Origin: Candidatus Iainarchaeum sp.
GTDB lineage: Archaea > Iainarchaeota > Iainarchaeia > Iainarchaeales > JAZDDZ01
Direction of reading: 5' to 3'
DNA: 55,946 bases
Assembly: GCA_043809245.1 (NCBI GenBank)
Contig: JAZDDZ010000003.1
Coordinates: forward strand, 1-55,946
Shown: positions 55,444 through 55,946 of the stretch, one piece after another
Layout of the letters: every line of letters begins with the position of its first letter
How positions within the stretch are numbered: the stretch's first letter is position 1
The notes under the pieces: model-generated
The model's database searches: none
What the model saw: only the letters and a program-made list of their open reading frames with translations
Told to the model about the DNA's origin: nothing
Made by a program: the position numbers and the translations under genes

Positions 55444-55534
55444 GCCGAAGTAGCTCAATTAGTGGAGCACGTCACTGGTAATAACGAGATCGCTGGAAAT
55501 GACGAGGCCGCGAGTGCAATTCTCGCCTTCGGCT
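55444..55534 (+). tRNA. tRNA-Thr(GGT) with an 18-nt intron at 37/38 (55481-55498)
   Basis: Acceptor stem GCCGAAG/CTTCGGC; CGTCA-CTGGTA[intron]A-TGACG. C32-G35 can pair with intron CTGG flanked by 3-nt bulges (relaxed BHB). T-loop TGCAATT. Confidence 0.9.
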
Positions 55535-55817
55535 TTATTTTGCTCAGATGTCGGCTGTTTGAAAAGCCAATCAATTGCATCCACTTTGACAATTGCTTCC
55601 AGCCATAAACTTCCAGATAGTACATGTTTCTTTTACGGCTGTGCTGAGTGTAAAGGGAAAAATAACCACTGAGAAAAGACTTTAATTGCAAAAAAAGGGG
55701 TTTACTTGCGATCTGCAAGCTAATGCGAGGATACGGCATTCTGTAGGCTTTTCTTTTATCGAAAAAAACCGCGCCATCAGTGTCAAAAATCCCTCTGATT
55801 GTGGAAAAAATGACAAT
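55535..55817 (-). pseudogene. LAGLIDADG homing endonuclease remnant (C-terminal domain) running antisense into tRNA-Thr
   Basis: The minus frame upstream of ATG 55739 reads IVIFSTIRGIFDTDGAVFFDKRKAYRMPYPRISLQ...IGFSNSRHLSKI. IRGIFDTDG is a LAGLIDADG motif. There is an in-frame stop at 55893-55895 and no first domain. Confidence 0.7.
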
Positions 55818-55946
55818 AGGGGCTCCGCCCCTATGACCCTGTGAATTTACTCTGCGGGCTCTTCGCTTGGGCTTCGAGCCGCGCAGTATCTTTCAAATTC
55901 ATTCCTGGATGCTGTCCTCTATAACTGAAACATTGTGGTGTGCTTG

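Noticed and set aside
55426-55608. 60 aa plus-strand ORF, and similar short ORFs at 46003-46185 and 46695-46898
   Set aside because: They overlap tRNA genes and are spurious translations.
1-55946. CRISPR array or diversity-generating retroelement acting on the giant proteins
   Set aside because: I saw no regularly spaced repeats, cas genes, reverse transcriptase or adenine-mismatched TR/VR pair by eye.
55836-55946. Possible gene end at the right edge of the window on the minus strand
   Set aside because: The open stretches are too short and lack motifs; this needs the adjacent window.

Overview
This is an archaeal chromosome window: family B DNA polymerase, type II Map, TATA boxes and an intron-containing tRNA. 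Gene content suggests a DPANN lineage such as Ca. Iainarchaeota/Diapherotrites, which is inference and was not checked by search. Positions 1-139 are the right end of an IS66-family element. About 0.2-41.4 kb is a large cell-surface locus. It holds three class III signal peptide (pilin-like) genes, an archaeosortase/exosortase, four co-oriented paralogous giant proteins (about 2,370-2,780 aa), five small membrane proteins (three paralogous), a toxin-antitoxin-like pair and a degenerate HerA/VirB4-like ATPase between two coiled-coil genes. The giant proteins share an N-terminal leader plus anchor, Ig-like repeats and conserved Cys motifs. Each carries a different payload: internal hydrophobic hairpins, a Tyr-rich tract, PKD/Cys-rich inserts, or a degenerate lysozyme-like domain. 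The rest of the window is polB (steric-gate Tyr replaced by His), map, tRNA-Arg, tRNA-Leu and tRNA-His, then hisS with a nearly complete histidine operon lacking hisE, an intron-containing tRNA-Thr and a LAGLIDADG remnant. The best candidate for an undescribed system is the giant-protein surface locus.
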